Below, piece by piece: positions 1 through 8,568 of a DNA stretch of 64,000 bases. A program made the position numbers and the translations under genes. The notes beneath the pieces are model-generated. The model saw nothing but the letters and a program-made list of their open reading frames with translations, was not told where the DNA came from and made no database searches. This DNA is from a bacterium (lineage in GTDB: Bacteria > Patescibacteriota > Minisyncoccia > Phycocordibacterales > UBA6899): positions 101,467 to 165,466 of the forward strand of contig JAYUQG010000019.1 in the NCBI GenBank assembly GCA_043756865.1, read 5' to 3'. Every line of letters begins with the position of its first letter. Within the stretch, counting starts at the first letter, position 1.

Positions 1-2
1 AT

Positions 3-2537
3 GATGGCGACAATCTCATAGACCTCGCTGACTCTAACTGTGCGCAATACAAGCCAACACTTACGGTAAAAAAACATGTTGATGGCGGTCCAATGTCTCC
101 AGAAAACTTTCTACTTCACGTAAACAGTGGAGATGGGTTTCTTGGAAGCGAAACTGGTACAAGTTTCACATATAATTCCTCTACTCAATACTCAGTCACT
201 GAAGATCAGGCAGCAGATTATGTGCCTTCATTTGATGGCTGTTCAGGAACGGTAAATGCTGGAGATGCTGCAACATGCACGGTCACAAATCATTATGACC
301 TTTGCTTGAACATAGAAGGCTATCAATCTCAGGTTCCTTCGGGACATGAACGCTCGAGTGGCAACTGTACACCTCTGAATGACACCCCACCATTATGTGA
401 AGCGAATGTTTCAACAATCACTCGCGTTTCAAACACAACTAACGTAAATGTTGGATCAGTGGGCGGTGACGATGCGGTACTTGTAGATTTTGACACGGTC
501 ACAATCGGTCAGCAGGTGCACATTGATTGGAATGCAAGTATCGCGGGTGCACAGTGGATTTGGGGCGAAAATCCAGTTGCCACTCCACAGAGTGAGCTTA
601 CTGAATCTTTCTTTGACGTTTTCACGGTTGTGGGTACTCCGACCGGTGGAACACTGGAGATTGCAGCTGATAATAGTTATGTCGTAAAATTAAACGGCAT
701 CGAAGTCGGAGCGGATATATCAGGCAATAACTACAATTCAACTGGACAGGACTTGATTACTATTCCTGCAAATAAATTTGTTGCAGGATCCAATACACTT
801 GAAATTATTGTAAAAAATTGGGCCTACGATACAACAGATCCCCAAGTAAACCCCGCAGGACTCCTTTACAGCCTTACTATCAACAAGAATTCATGCGTTC
901 CTGTTGTGGCACCGGTATGTGAGCCACAGGTGAACCTTGTAGAGAATGGTGGATTTGAAAATCCTGTACTTAACGCAACAAGCTATCAAGATGCTTGGGA
1001 TATCGTTCCATTCACGGACAGCGCACTGAAGTGGCTTGGTGAGTTTGTTACTGCAGGAGGTGCAGGACGACTCGGACTTGAGGTGCAAACCAGCGCGGCA
1101 GTCCCTTTGGCATCTCTTCCTTACTCTGGAACCCAGCTCGCAGAGCTTGATGGTGATCATCTAACGCGCATCTATCAGGATGTTATAACTATTCCCGGAC
1201 ATGACTACTCCCTTAAATATTACTTCTCACCTCGCCCCAGCCAACCAGCTTCTGAAAATATTCTCGAAGTAGCACTTGGAGGAGGTGTCGTCGACACACA
1301 CACCGGAGCAGGAGGTTCAGTAACTAGCTGGACGCCATATACCAAGACATTTGTCGCAACTGCTACTGTAACCCGTGTATCATTCGCAGATATCGGCAAC
1401 GATGACAACGGTTCGACAGGTGGAGTCGGTTCATATCTGGATGACGTCAGTTTCTCTTGCGTTGGCCCACACGTCGAAGTACCACCCACAACACCCGAGA
1501 ATACTCCTCAGCTCTGCAACGATCAGCTTGATAACGACAATGACAACCTGATTGACGGGCATGATTCGGACTGTAAACCCACACTGACGGTCACGAAGAA
1601 TGTCGTAAACAATAATGGCCTTTCAAAATCTGCATCTCAATTCAATCTGCATGTGAATGAAGACCAGTGCACCAATATTCTGGGCATGCAGTCCACTGTC
1701 CCAGTGGGAATGTATCAGGAGGGTAGCTACTGTGAAGAGTACGGACTTGAAACTCTGAACACAATTTTTGACTTCTTCTCCCCCAAGGTTGCGTTCGCAG
1801 TTGCGCAGTTGATTGCACCAGCAAGTTTTGTTGGAAACGAACAGGGTACAACCGTCTACTTTGACGAGCCATCTGATTACACCGTAACCGAAGATGCCGA
1901 TGGTCAGTACACCACAACTTACGGCGACGGTTGCACAGGCTCTATCGGCTGGGGTGAACACAAAACTTGTGTTGTCACCAACGACGACATTCAGCAAGGT
2001 GGTGGGGGGGGAGGAAGCTCATCATTCGACCACTGGGGTTGTACGAACCCTGCAGCAACCAACTTCAACTCGCTTTCCAATCGCGATGACGGCTCATGCC
2101 AGCTTCCTGGTGGAAATGGCGGAACTCCACAGGGAGAAGTCTTGGGTGCAGCAACAACAGTGTCAGAGCCAGAAATGCCTCTCCCTGCAGCATGTGCAGC
2201 GAACCCCTACCTTCTTGACTACATGAAGATGGGTAAGAAGAATGATGTAGAGCAGGTCAAACTTCTTCAGACATTCCTGAATGAATTCTTGGGTACAAAT
2301 ATCCCCGTCACAGGAATCTTCGGACCGCGCACAAAGGCTGCAGTCAAAAAACTCCAGAAGGACAATCATGCCGCAATCATCCAACCTTGGATTGACGCAG
2401 GATTTAGTGCAGCAAGCTTGAAGGAGGGGACAGGAGTCGTTTACAAGACCACCAAATACTTCATCAACAAGAAGAAGTGCGTGGAAATGACCGAGACACT
2501 TCCAAACCTTACAAATGACACAGGACTGACGAACTAA
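3..2537 (+). CDS. Large secreted cell-surface protein, 5' partial. Contains Asp-rich Ca-binding-like motifs, beta-sandwich repeats with a KPTLTVTKxVxNxxG...FxLHVN signature, and a C-terminal PG_binding_1-type domain.
   Basis: Frame 3 is open from nt 3, and the upstream residues DGDNLIDLADSNCAQYKPTLTVKKHVDGG repeat the internal motif NDNDNLIDGHDSDCKPTLTVTKNV, so the gene starts outside the window. C-terminal LPAACAANPYLLDYMKMGKKNDVEQVKLLQTFLNEFLG...GIFGPRTKAAVKKLQKD matches the peptidoglycan-binding domain 1 pattern. Low-complexity Gly/Ser/Thr linkers are present. Confidence 0.6.
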   Translation, partial: DGDNLIDLADSNCAQYKPTLTVKKHVDGGPMSPENFLLHVNSGDGFLGSETGTSFTYNSSTQYSVTEDQAADYVPSFDGCSGTVNAGDAATCTVTNHYDLCLNIEGYQSQVPSGHERSSGNCTPLNDTPPLCEANVSTITRVSNTTNVNVGSVGGDDAVLVDFDTVTIGQQVHIDWNASIAGAQWIWGENPVATPQSELTESFFDVFTVVGTPTGGTLEIAADNSYVVKLNGIEVGADISGNNYNSTGQDLITIPANKFVAGSNTLEIIVKNWAYDTTDPQVNPAGLLYSLTINKNSCVPVVAPVCEPQVNLVENGGFENPVLNATSYQDAWDIVPFTDSALKWLGEFVTAGGAGRLGLEVQTSAAVPLASLPYSGTQLAELDGDHLTRIYQDVITIPGHDYSLKYYFSPRPSQPASENILEVALGGGVVDTHTGAGGSVTSWTPYTKTFVATATVTRVSFADIGNDDNGSTGGVGSYLDDVSFSCVGPHVEVPPTTPENTPQLCNDQLDNDNDNLIDGHDSDCKPTLTVTKNVVNNNGLSKSASQFNLHVNEDQCTNILGMQSTVPVGMYQEGSYCEEYGLETLNTIFDFFSPKVAFAVAQLIAPASFVGNEQGTTVYFDEPSDYTVTEDADGQYTTTYGDGCTGSIGWGEHKTCVVTNDDIQQGGGGGGSSSFDHWGCTNPAATNFNSLSNRDDGSCQLPGGNGGTPQGEVLGAATTVSEPEMPLPAACAANPYLLDYMKMGKKNDVEQVKLLQTFLNEFLGTNIPVTGIFGPRTKAAVKKLQKDNHAAIIQPWIDAGFSAASLKEGTGVVYKTTKYFINKKKCVEMTETLPNLTNDTGLTN

Positions 2538-2560
2538 GGTTCTCTAAATCTTAGCATTCA

Positions 2561-2600
2561 AAAACCCAGCAATATGCGGGGTTTTTGGTTTTTCCTACGA
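2561..2600 (+). terminator. Rho-independent terminator downstream of the surface-protein gene
   Basis: Hairpin cccagca..tgcgggg followed by gtttttggttttt. Confidence 0.5.
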
Positions 2601-2688
2601 ACGAATAATTAAGAATTTGCTTCTATATTCGATATTATCTTGCCATTTTGCTAATCTATTGTGCATTTATTGATTTTATGCTATAATT

Positions 2689-3786
2689 ATGTGCATGTTG
2701 CAGTGGCTTAAAAATCACTTCATCCCACACGAAGCAAATGGTTTTGCTCCATACGTACTTCGCATGAAAATTGCGATGCTGTTTTTTGCCCTTATCGCAC
2801 TCATCGAACTGGTGTACCTCGCAAACACATTGTTTGTGCTTCCGAGAAGTGATTACTTTGCGGCAATTTTTGCTACTGTGCTTGTCGACCAGACAAACAA
2901 AGAACGCGATACCGCCGCACTGCGCACACTCACTTCGAATCCAAAACTCGAAATAGCAGCACAACTGAAAGCCGACGACATGGCTGCGAAAGGTTACTTC
3001 GCGCACAATGCCCCCGACGGCACCACGCCATGGCATTGGTTTGCGCAAGCGGGTTATGATTTCGCCGCCGCAGGAGAAAACCTCGCAGTGAATTTTACTG
3101 ATTCGAAGGACGTCACCGAGGCATGGATGCGCTCTCCAACGCACCGCGCAAATATCATGAGTGGTAACTACACCGAAATTGGTATTGCTACGGCGCGCGG
3201 AATGTACAAAGGAAAGGAAGCCATTTTTGTTGTTCAAAAGTTTGGCCGACCATCCATTATCGCACGCCAATTACCAAGCGCCTCAAGCACGGTAAGTACT
3301 CTTGCGAATCTTTTACCTACAACAGTTCTCGGCGCTACCACCATTACAAAGAAACCTGCTCCAACCATTACGGTGACCCGCCCAGTTTCAACACCCCAAC
3401 CTACGCCTCCAACACCCGTCATCACGGAAACTCCCAAACCACAGGCACCCATCATCACCACACTACTCCCCGTCACGACAGTGGTCGCTGGTGCGGAAGC
3501 ACTTAAGCTCCCCATAGAGAATGAGATTGTACTTCCTGAAACCGCGCCACAACAAGCAGCACCGCTTGGTTATTGGGCGAGAATATTTTCTGCACCACGG
3601 CAGTTGGTTACTTTCCTGTTCCTCGGCTTGGGGGCACTTATGCTTATTGCACTCCTCCTCAACGTATTTATTAGGGTTCGCGTCCAGCATCCACACCTCA
3701 TTCTCAATGGACTACTCTTGATTGCTGTCGTAAGCTCACTGATAATGTTAAACACCGTCATCGGTGTTACGCAGGGGGTGATTTAG
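2689..3786 (+). CDS. CAP/SCP/PR-1-like (YkwD-type) domain protein with an N-terminal TM segment, a Pro/Thr-rich linker and C-terminal TM segments
   Basis: GYFAHNAPDGTTPWHWFAQAGYDFAAAGENLAVNFTDSKDVTEAWMRSPTHRANIMSGNYTEIGIA matches the CAP-domain signature. Paralog of 40074..40682. A TGCTATAAT extended -10 lies immediately upstream, so the real start may be the second ATG at 2695 on a leaderless transcript. Confidence 0.75.
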   Translation: MCMLQWLKNHFIPHEANGFAPYVLRMKIAMLFFALIALIELVYLANTLFVLPRSDYFAAIFATVLVDQTNKERDTAALRTLTSNPKLEIAAQLKADDMAAKGYFAHNAPDGTTPWHWFAQAGYDFAAAGENLAVNFTDSKDVTEAWMRSPTHRANIMSGNYTEIGIATARGMYKGKEAIFVVQKFGRPSIIARQLPSASSTVSTLANLLPTTVLGATTITKKPAPTITVTRPVSTPQPTPPTPVITETPKPQAPIITTLLPVTTVVAGAEALKLPIENEIVLPETAPQQAAPLGYWARIFSAPRQLVTFLFLGLGALMLIALLLNVFIRVRVQHPHLILNGLLLIAVVSSLIMLNTVIGVTQGVI

Positions 3787-3817
3787 TTTATTATTTATAC
3801 TTATTTTTAGAATTTTT

Positions 3818-5017
3818 ATGCCCACAAAACAGCTTGCATTGGGGATTGGTGGAATCATCGTGGTGGCTATTATCGGATGGATTGTATTTGCTCCCAAAGA
3901 AACGGTAGCACCTGTGATTAGTGACGGCACCACTCCTATTGTCGAAGAACAACCACCAGAAGTACCCGTAACGCCATCTGCACCTACACCAAGCACGCCC
4001 GCAGGAGCAAATTCGGGCACTCCCACTCCTGTTGCAAATACTCCCACACCACTCAAAGGCAGCATGGCTCCAGAGTTTAAATTACCCTCCGGGTACACCA
4101 ATGCTGATCCATTTTTGATGCAAAGCCTAATTGGAAAGCAGGTTGTACTTGTACAATTCTGGGCGTACACGTCGGTGAATTCCATGCGCACTTTCCCATA
4201 TGTTAATCAATGGAACGAAAAATACAAACGCAAAGGACTGACCATTGTTTCTGTTCACACTCCACGATTCTCTTTCGAGAAACAAAAAGACAATGTTGAC
4301 AAAGCCGCCTTCACAAGCAACATCCTCAATCCCATTGTACTAGACAATCAATATGGCACATGGGACTCGTGGGGCAACAAACACTGGCCGACTATGTACT
4401 TGGTCGACATCAACGGACGCATTGTGTACAGCCAGAAAGGAGAAGGTAACTACGCAGCCACAGAAGCGAAAATTCAGGAGCTGCTCGTCGCACGCGCAGC
4501 AAAACTAGGTACCACCAAAGACGTGTATGCACCGTTCGAGATTCCCGGAGGAGTGCAGCCCATTGACCCCCTACTCGTCCGAAGTGCAGAAACATACTTC
4601 GGTTCTGCGCGTAACACCACTCTCGCAAACGGCACACAACTCACCGTTGGAATTCAGTACATGAAGCCTATTACTGAAATCAAACCCAATATGCTCTACC
4701 TCAAGGGAGTCTGGGACATTCAGGGTGAATATGCACGCAGTTCAACCGAGGGGTCTGGTTTCATACATCGCTATAACGCAAAGAATGCATACCTCATTTT
4801 GGGTGCGAGCGGTATAAACAAAGTGAAGGTAACACTCGATGGGAAACCACTTGGAGCTCAGGCAGGAAAAGACATCCGCGAGGAGAAAGGCGAGAGTTAC
4901 CTCTATGTATCCGACGAGCGCGTGTACGAGATTGTGAAGGGCTCAACGTACGGCGAGCACACACTCGAGGTCACCGCGGAGACCAATGCACTTCAAGTAT
5001 ACAGCCTCATGTTCTAG
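3818..5017 (+). CDS. Membrane-anchored thioredoxin-fold (TlpA/redoxin-like) protein with no cysteines (SxxS in place of CxxC) and a C-terminal extension domain
   Basis: LIGKQVVLVQFWAYTSVNSMRTFPYVNQWNEKYKRKGLTIVSVHTP...WPTMYLVDINGRIV has the redoxin-fold layout, but the CxxC position reads YTSVNS. The whole 399-aa protein contains no Cys. N-terminal TM helix followed by a Pro/Thr linker. Confidence 0.6.
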   Translation: MPTKQLALGIGGIIVVAIIGWIVFAPKETVAPVISDGTTPIVEEQPPEVPVTPSAPTPSTPAGANSGTPTPVANTPTPLKGSMAPEFKLPSGYTNADPFLMQSLIGKQVVLVQFWAYTSVNSMRTFPYVNQWNEKYKRKGLTIVSVHTPRFSFEKQKDNVDKAAFTSNILNPIVLDNQYGTWDSWGNKHWPTMYLVDINGRIVYSQKGEGNYAATEAKIQELLVARAAKLGTTKDVYAPFEIPGGVQPIDPLLVRSAETYFGSARNTTLANGTQLTVGIQYMKPITEIKPNMLYLKGVWDIQGEYARSSTEGSGFIHRYNAKNAYLILGASGINKVKVTLDGKPLGAQAGKDIREEKGESYLYVSDERVYEIVKGSTYGEHTLEVTAETNALQVYSLMF

Positions 5018-5024
5018 AGTTAGG

Positions 5025-5062
5025 ACACGCAAATAACCGCTTACAAGAGCGGTTATTTGCAT
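5025..5062 (+). terminator. Rho-independent terminator
   Basis: ataaccgc ttacaaga gcggttat followed by ttgc. Perfect 8-bp stem. Confidence 0.55.
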
Positions 5063-5095
5063 AACTCTATGAGCAATCAGTAGTATTTCAGCATG

Positions 5096-5210
5096 TGGCT
5101 TGTGTACTTCCCGCGCGAGGCGCCTACATCTAGTACGTAGCGCCCGAGATAGTGAGCCTTCGAGCGACAACGTCAAAAAGACAACGCCAGATAGCCGGTT
5201 TTTGTATTCT
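5096..5210 (+). ncRNA. Conserved intergenic element, copy A. Candidate structured RNA or 5' leader upstream of the DUF805 gene.
   Basis: About 110 nt sharing conserved blocks with 24177..24286: CCCGCGCGA(G/A)GCGCCT, AGT(G/A)AG(C/T)CTTCGAGCGACAA, and a (C/G)GG(T/C)TTTTTGT tail. A hairpin following GCGCCT carries a base change matched by a compensating change in the other copy. No ORF is conserved between the two copies. Confidence 0.3.
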
Positions 5211-5283
5211 ACAAACGCATTTGCACCTCCCACTCACCATGCTATGCTTTCGGAAGCGTTCCGTATATCAAAAGGAGAATCTC

Positions 5284-5673
5284 ATGCTCGATTGGATCAA
5301 AGCGTCCTATAGAGGACGTGTGGGAAGAAAGCACTTCGCCATGTTGTTAGTACTGCTTCTCTTGCTTACCATTGTTGCCATGCCGTTGCTTGGTGCACTC
5401 AAACACTTTGGGTTGTTCATTGGCGGGCTATTGTCCATCGTGTTTGGAGTAGTGTTTAACATCTTGACCCTACACATTTACGTGCGAAGACTGCACGACC
5501 TAGACCTGACTGGATGGCTCATACTGTTAACATTTGTTCCTGTGGTCGGACCATATGTTGGACTTGCTATGGCTGCCGGCTTGCTGTTCTGGCCGGGCGA
5601 TCGTGACGCGAACACATATGGCGCCCCGCCTAATGCAGATCGCACACTTCGTGACGTAGTGTTTCACCCTTGA
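5284..5673 (+). CDS. DUF805 (YhaI-like) family inner-membrane protein
   Basis: RRLHDLDLTGWLILLTFVPVVGPYVGLAMAAGLLFWPGD is the DUF805 hallmark (RRLHDxxxSGW). RBS aaaaggagaatctcATG. The N-terminus fits the family (YRGRVGRKHF). Confidence 0.7.
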   Translation: MLDWIKASYRGRVGRKHFAMLLVLLLLLTIVAMPLLGALKHFGLFIGGLLSIVFGVVFNILTLHIYVRRLHDLDLTGWLILLTFVPVVGPYVGLAMAAGLLFWPGDRDANTYGAPPNADRTLRDVVFHP

Positions 5674-5732
5674 TTTGAGTATTGCACACAAACCTCATGG
5701 CAACATGTGGTTTTTTTGTTAGAATATATATC

Positions 5733-6311
5733 ATGTCTACAGAACAATTGTCGGGATACGTCTCGGAAGAACGTGTGCGTGGCGTCACTGATGACGCAAT
5801 CAAAGCAGCATTACTCGAGAAAGGGTGGAAAGAAGCGGACGTCGTGGCAGCACTGGGCGTGGGAGGTGTCGGTGTTGGAGTATCTGCACATCAAGGTATG
5901 TGGAGTGGCCGCCTCGACAAAAGTGGTTATCTCAAAATCGTGCTATTAGGAGTCGGGTTTATCGCGCTTATCGTTGTAGCGGCTTTCGGTGTGGGATATA
6001 CCGCTTTTGATTATCAAGAAACCGATATAGCCAACGAAGGCACACTTTTCTATCTTGGAATATTCATTGGTGCATTGTTTTTTCTCGCGTACTCCATTGT
6101 CGGACTAGGCGCAGGAATTCGTCGACTCCACGACATCGGTCAGTCTGGGTGGTGGATATGCATTGGATTTATTCCATACTTGGGTAGCCTCCTTTCTCTC
6201 GCACTCACAATATACCTGTGCGTGAAAGACGGCGTACCCACGGCGAATCAGTGGGGTGGGGTACCAAGAAAAGACCTTACACTCTGGCAGTCATTGCGTG
6301 GCCGTGAATAA
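5733..6311 (+). CDS. Second DUF805 family membrane protein with an N-terminal soluble extension. The start is uncertain, with alternatives at 5697 (ATG) and 5682 (TTG).
   Basis: GIRRLHDIGQSGWWICIGFIPYLGSLLSLALTIYLCVKDGVP...WGGVP. A TAGAATATATA box sits directly 5' of the ATG at 5733. Confidence 0.65.
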   Translation: MSTEQLSGYVSEERVRGVTDDAIKAALLEKGWKEADVVAALGVGGVGVGVSAHQGMWSGRLDKSGYLKIVLLGVGFIALIVVAAFGVGYTAFDYQETDIANEGTLFYLGIFIGALFFLAYSIVGLGAGIRRLHDIGQSGWWICIGFIPYLGSLLSLALTIYLCVKDGVPTANQWGGVPRKDLTLWQSLRGRE

Positions 6312-6395
6312 GGGTTTTTGAGTAGTCCACAATTTATTAACAGGTTACTACCTTTTTTAAATGGCTTTGTTATAATGTTCGTACAACCAAATAGT

Positions 6396-6557
6396 GCGTT
6401 TATCGAGAGTACGGAGTAGGGAATTGGCCCGATGATACCGTCAGCAACCACCTCTGGAGAGGAGCGGTGCTAAATCCAATCCCTTATAGGGGAGATGAAT
6501 GTGGTTGGAGGAATAATGGCAACCAAAAAAGTCTTTCCCAAACGGAAGGCTTTTTTG
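6396..6557 (+). promoter_or_regulatory. SAM-I (S-box) riboswitch with a terminator-type expression platform, upstream of metK
   Basis: UUUAUCGAGAG..GGAGUAGGGAAUUGGCCCGAUGAUACC..CAGCAACC...GGUGCUAAAUCC...CCCUUAUAGGGG..GAUGAA matches the SAM-I conserved cores (GAGGGAnnGGCCCGAUGA, GCAACC, GGUGCUAAAUCC). P1 pairs UUUAUC with GAUGAA. Downstream hairpin gtctttcc..ggaaggc followed by ttttttg. A TGTTATAAT -10 lies about 20 nt upstream at 6371-6379. Confidence 0.75.
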
Positions 6558-6646
6558 TATCAATTGTAATTTAACCCAACAAGTATTCGTTCGATTCTCG
6601 GAAAGCATAAAGGTTGTGCATTATTCGTTTTTCAAATAAATAATTT

Positions 6647-7699
6647 ATGCAACGCATTCAGCAAACACACACTGTCGAGAGTGTGACCGCAGGTCATCCG
6701 GACAAAGTGTGTGACCAGATATCAGATGCCATTTTAGATGCATGCCTCACACAAGACCCGAAATCGAGAGTCGCCATTGAAAGTTTCGGTGCACACGGAC
6801 TGTTGGTTATTGGGGGCGAGCTCACGACTGACGCACGTATCGATGCATCAGCAATTGCGCGCAAAGTTTATCGCGACATCGGATACGACAACGAACTTGA
6901 AATCATCGAGCGCATTGTGACACAGTCTCCCGATATTGCGATGGGCGTGGACCAAGATGGTGCAGGCGATCAAGGTATTATGTATGGCTATGCCACAAAC
7001 GAAACTGAAGAATATCTCCCGCGTGGCATTACCCTTGTACACAAGCTTACAAAGGGACTCGAAGACTTACGGAAAAGCGGAAAAATTAACTGGCTGCGTC
7101 CTGATGGCAAGGCACAAGTGACCATTTCTGACGGCAAAGTCCGCACGGTGCTTGTGTCTACGCAACATGCTGATGGCATACAGCATAGCGAAATCCGAGA
7201 AGCCATCATCGACGAACTCATCCGGCCTATTATTGGCGACATTGGGCGCACCGAAATACTCGTGAACCCCACAGGACGCTTCGTGCAAGGCGGATTTGAG
7301 GCTGACACTGGGCTCACGGGGCGCAAGCTGATGGTAGATACCTACGGCGGACTCATAGCGCACGGTGGAGGGGCATTTTCGGGCAAAGACGCAACCAAGG
7401 TAGACCGCTCGGGTGCATACATGTGCCGCTATGTAGCGAAAAATCTCGTGGCAAACAAACTCGCGAAGGAAGCGACCGTGTCAGTTGCCTACGCCATCGG
7501 GCACCCCGAACCGCTCATGGTCGCAGCGGTTGACGAGAATGGTGAGGACCTCTTCGATGTTGTGCGCAATCGGTTTGACTTTCGTCCCAAGTCCATCATT
7601 CAGCAACTCGATTTGCGAAAACCTATTTTCGCACAAACAGCGGCTTACGGTCACTTCGGAAAGGCAGGCTTACCTTGGGAAACCGTTATACAAATATAA
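6647..7699 (+). CDS. metK: S-adenosylmethionine synthetase
   Basis: ESVTAGHPDKVCDQISDAILDACL, GDQGIMYGYATNETEEYLP, LVNPTGRFVQGGFEADTGLTGRKLMVDTYGG, HGGGAFSGKDATKVDRSGAYMCRYVAKN. Confidence 0.92.
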   Translation: MQRIQQTHTVESVTAGHPDKVCDQISDAILDACLTQDPKSRVAIESFGAHGLLVIGGELTTDARIDASAIARKVYRDIGYDNELEIIERIVTQSPDIAMGVDQDGAGDQGIMYGYATNETEEYLPRGITLVHKLTKGLEDLRKSGKINWLRPDGKAQVTISDGKVRTVLVSTQHADGIQHSEIREAIIDELIRPIIGDIGRTEILVNPTGRFVQGGFEADTGLTGRKLMVDTYGGLIAHGGGAFSGKDATKVDRSGAYMCRYVAKNLVANKLAKEATVSVAYAIGHPEPLMVAAVDENGEDLFDVVRNRFDFRPKSIIQQLDLRKPIFAQTAAYGHFGKAGLPWETVIQI

Positions 7700-7790
7700 G
7701 GATGCAGCCCAAACTCTGAAATTGTATTGAGGGGGTTGCAGTTCCTAACTGAAACAACCCCCGTACCGATTGCCTTGTCTGCAAGGCTAG

Positions 7791-7829
7791 ACACTTCGGG
7801 AAAAAGGGATTACCTTGGGAAGCCGTCAT
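7791..7829 (+). repeat. Direct duplicate of the last roughly 39 nt of metK (7651..7689), 140 bp downstream
   Basis: acacttcgggaaaaagggattaccttgggaagccgtcat versus tcacttcggaaaggcaggcttaccttgggaaaccgttat. The second copy would encode GLPWEAVIAL against GLPWETVIQI at the metK C-terminus. Confidence 0.6.
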
Positions 7830-7871
7830 TGCTCTAGATTTTGCAGAAGAAAAGAATTTTGCAGAAGAAAA

Positions 7872-7893
7872 GACCCGCGCACGCGGGTCTTTT
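7872..7893. terminator. Bidirectional rho-independent terminator between metK and the convergent membrane-protein gene
   Basis: gacccgcg cac cgcgggtc followed by tttt. Perfect 8-bp stem, preceded by a duplicated ttgcagaagaaaaga motif. Confidence 0.7.
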
Positions 7894-7898
7894 GATAT

Positions 7899-8447
7899 CT
7901 ACGAGCGAACACGTCGTGGAAAGAGTCGCCCAAGTATTGCGGCGACACTACGCTCTTTGGGAGGAAATCGATCGGGGTCACAGGCATCCAGCACGAGACA
8001 AAGCCAGAACAAAAAAAATGATAAGGTGCATGTGCCTACGTATGCGAGCACGCCAATATCGAGCGCTTTTGCTGTTGTGGTCATGGCAAACGCTCCATAG
8101 GACAACAACGGTGCAACTGCGTACATGAGCATCATCGCGCGCATATAGAAATACAGACGCGTTGCTTTCATCGGATTCACGAAGCCTTGTTGCACACGAA
8201 CACGTGCGCGCATTTCTGCTTTGTCTGCGTACCAAAATGAGAGATAGAAGAATAGCGCCACGCAAATAAGTGACAAGGTCTTTGCGACTACAGATGTTTG
8301 AAGATGCAGAATTTCAACCAACCCGACAAAGAGTACAAGAAACACTGCATATGCTCCAGAGAACAGTCTGAACCAAAAGTAGTTTGTCTTCCCCGTCAAA
8401 CGTTCGAAGCGCTGGCAAAGGCTTTCGATGAAAAGTATTAGGTACAT
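7899..8447 (-). CDS. Hypothetical polytopic membrane protein
   Basis: Multiple hydrophobic helices. The track ORF starts at a TTG at 8543. The first ATG at 8447 (MYLILFIESL...) is preferred because the longer form would overlap the divergent gene. Confidence 0.5.
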   Translation of the reverse strand: MYLILFIESLCQRFERLTGKTNYFWFRLFSGAYAVFLVLFVGLVEILHLQTSVVAKTLSLICVALFFYLSFWYADKAEMRARVRVQQGFVNPMKATRLYFYMRAMMLMYAVAPLLSYGAFAMTTTAKALDIGVLAYVGTCTLSFFLFWLCLVLDACDPDRFPPKERSVAAILGRLFPRRVRS

Positions 8448-8568
8448 ATCGAGCGAAGAAAGCTGCCTCAAGGTGCAACTCCTTTCCTTTGAAATCTCTA
8501 TATTTGATAGCACGCCCAGCACGCCTGTCAACTGCAAGCACAACCCTGATTGGTGTAGAATCTACGCT

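Noticed and set aside
6590-6625. tRNA-like T-arm motif (GTTCGATTCTCGG) in the metK leader region
   Set aside because: No acceptor stem, D-arm or anticodon arm can be built from the flanking AT-rich sequence. It lies inside the riboswitch expression platform and 5' UTR.
8428-8568. N-terminal 47 codons of track ORF 8428..9072
   Set aside because: They would overlap the divergent minus-strand gene. The internal ATG at 8569 gives a sensible charged N-terminus followed by a TM segment.
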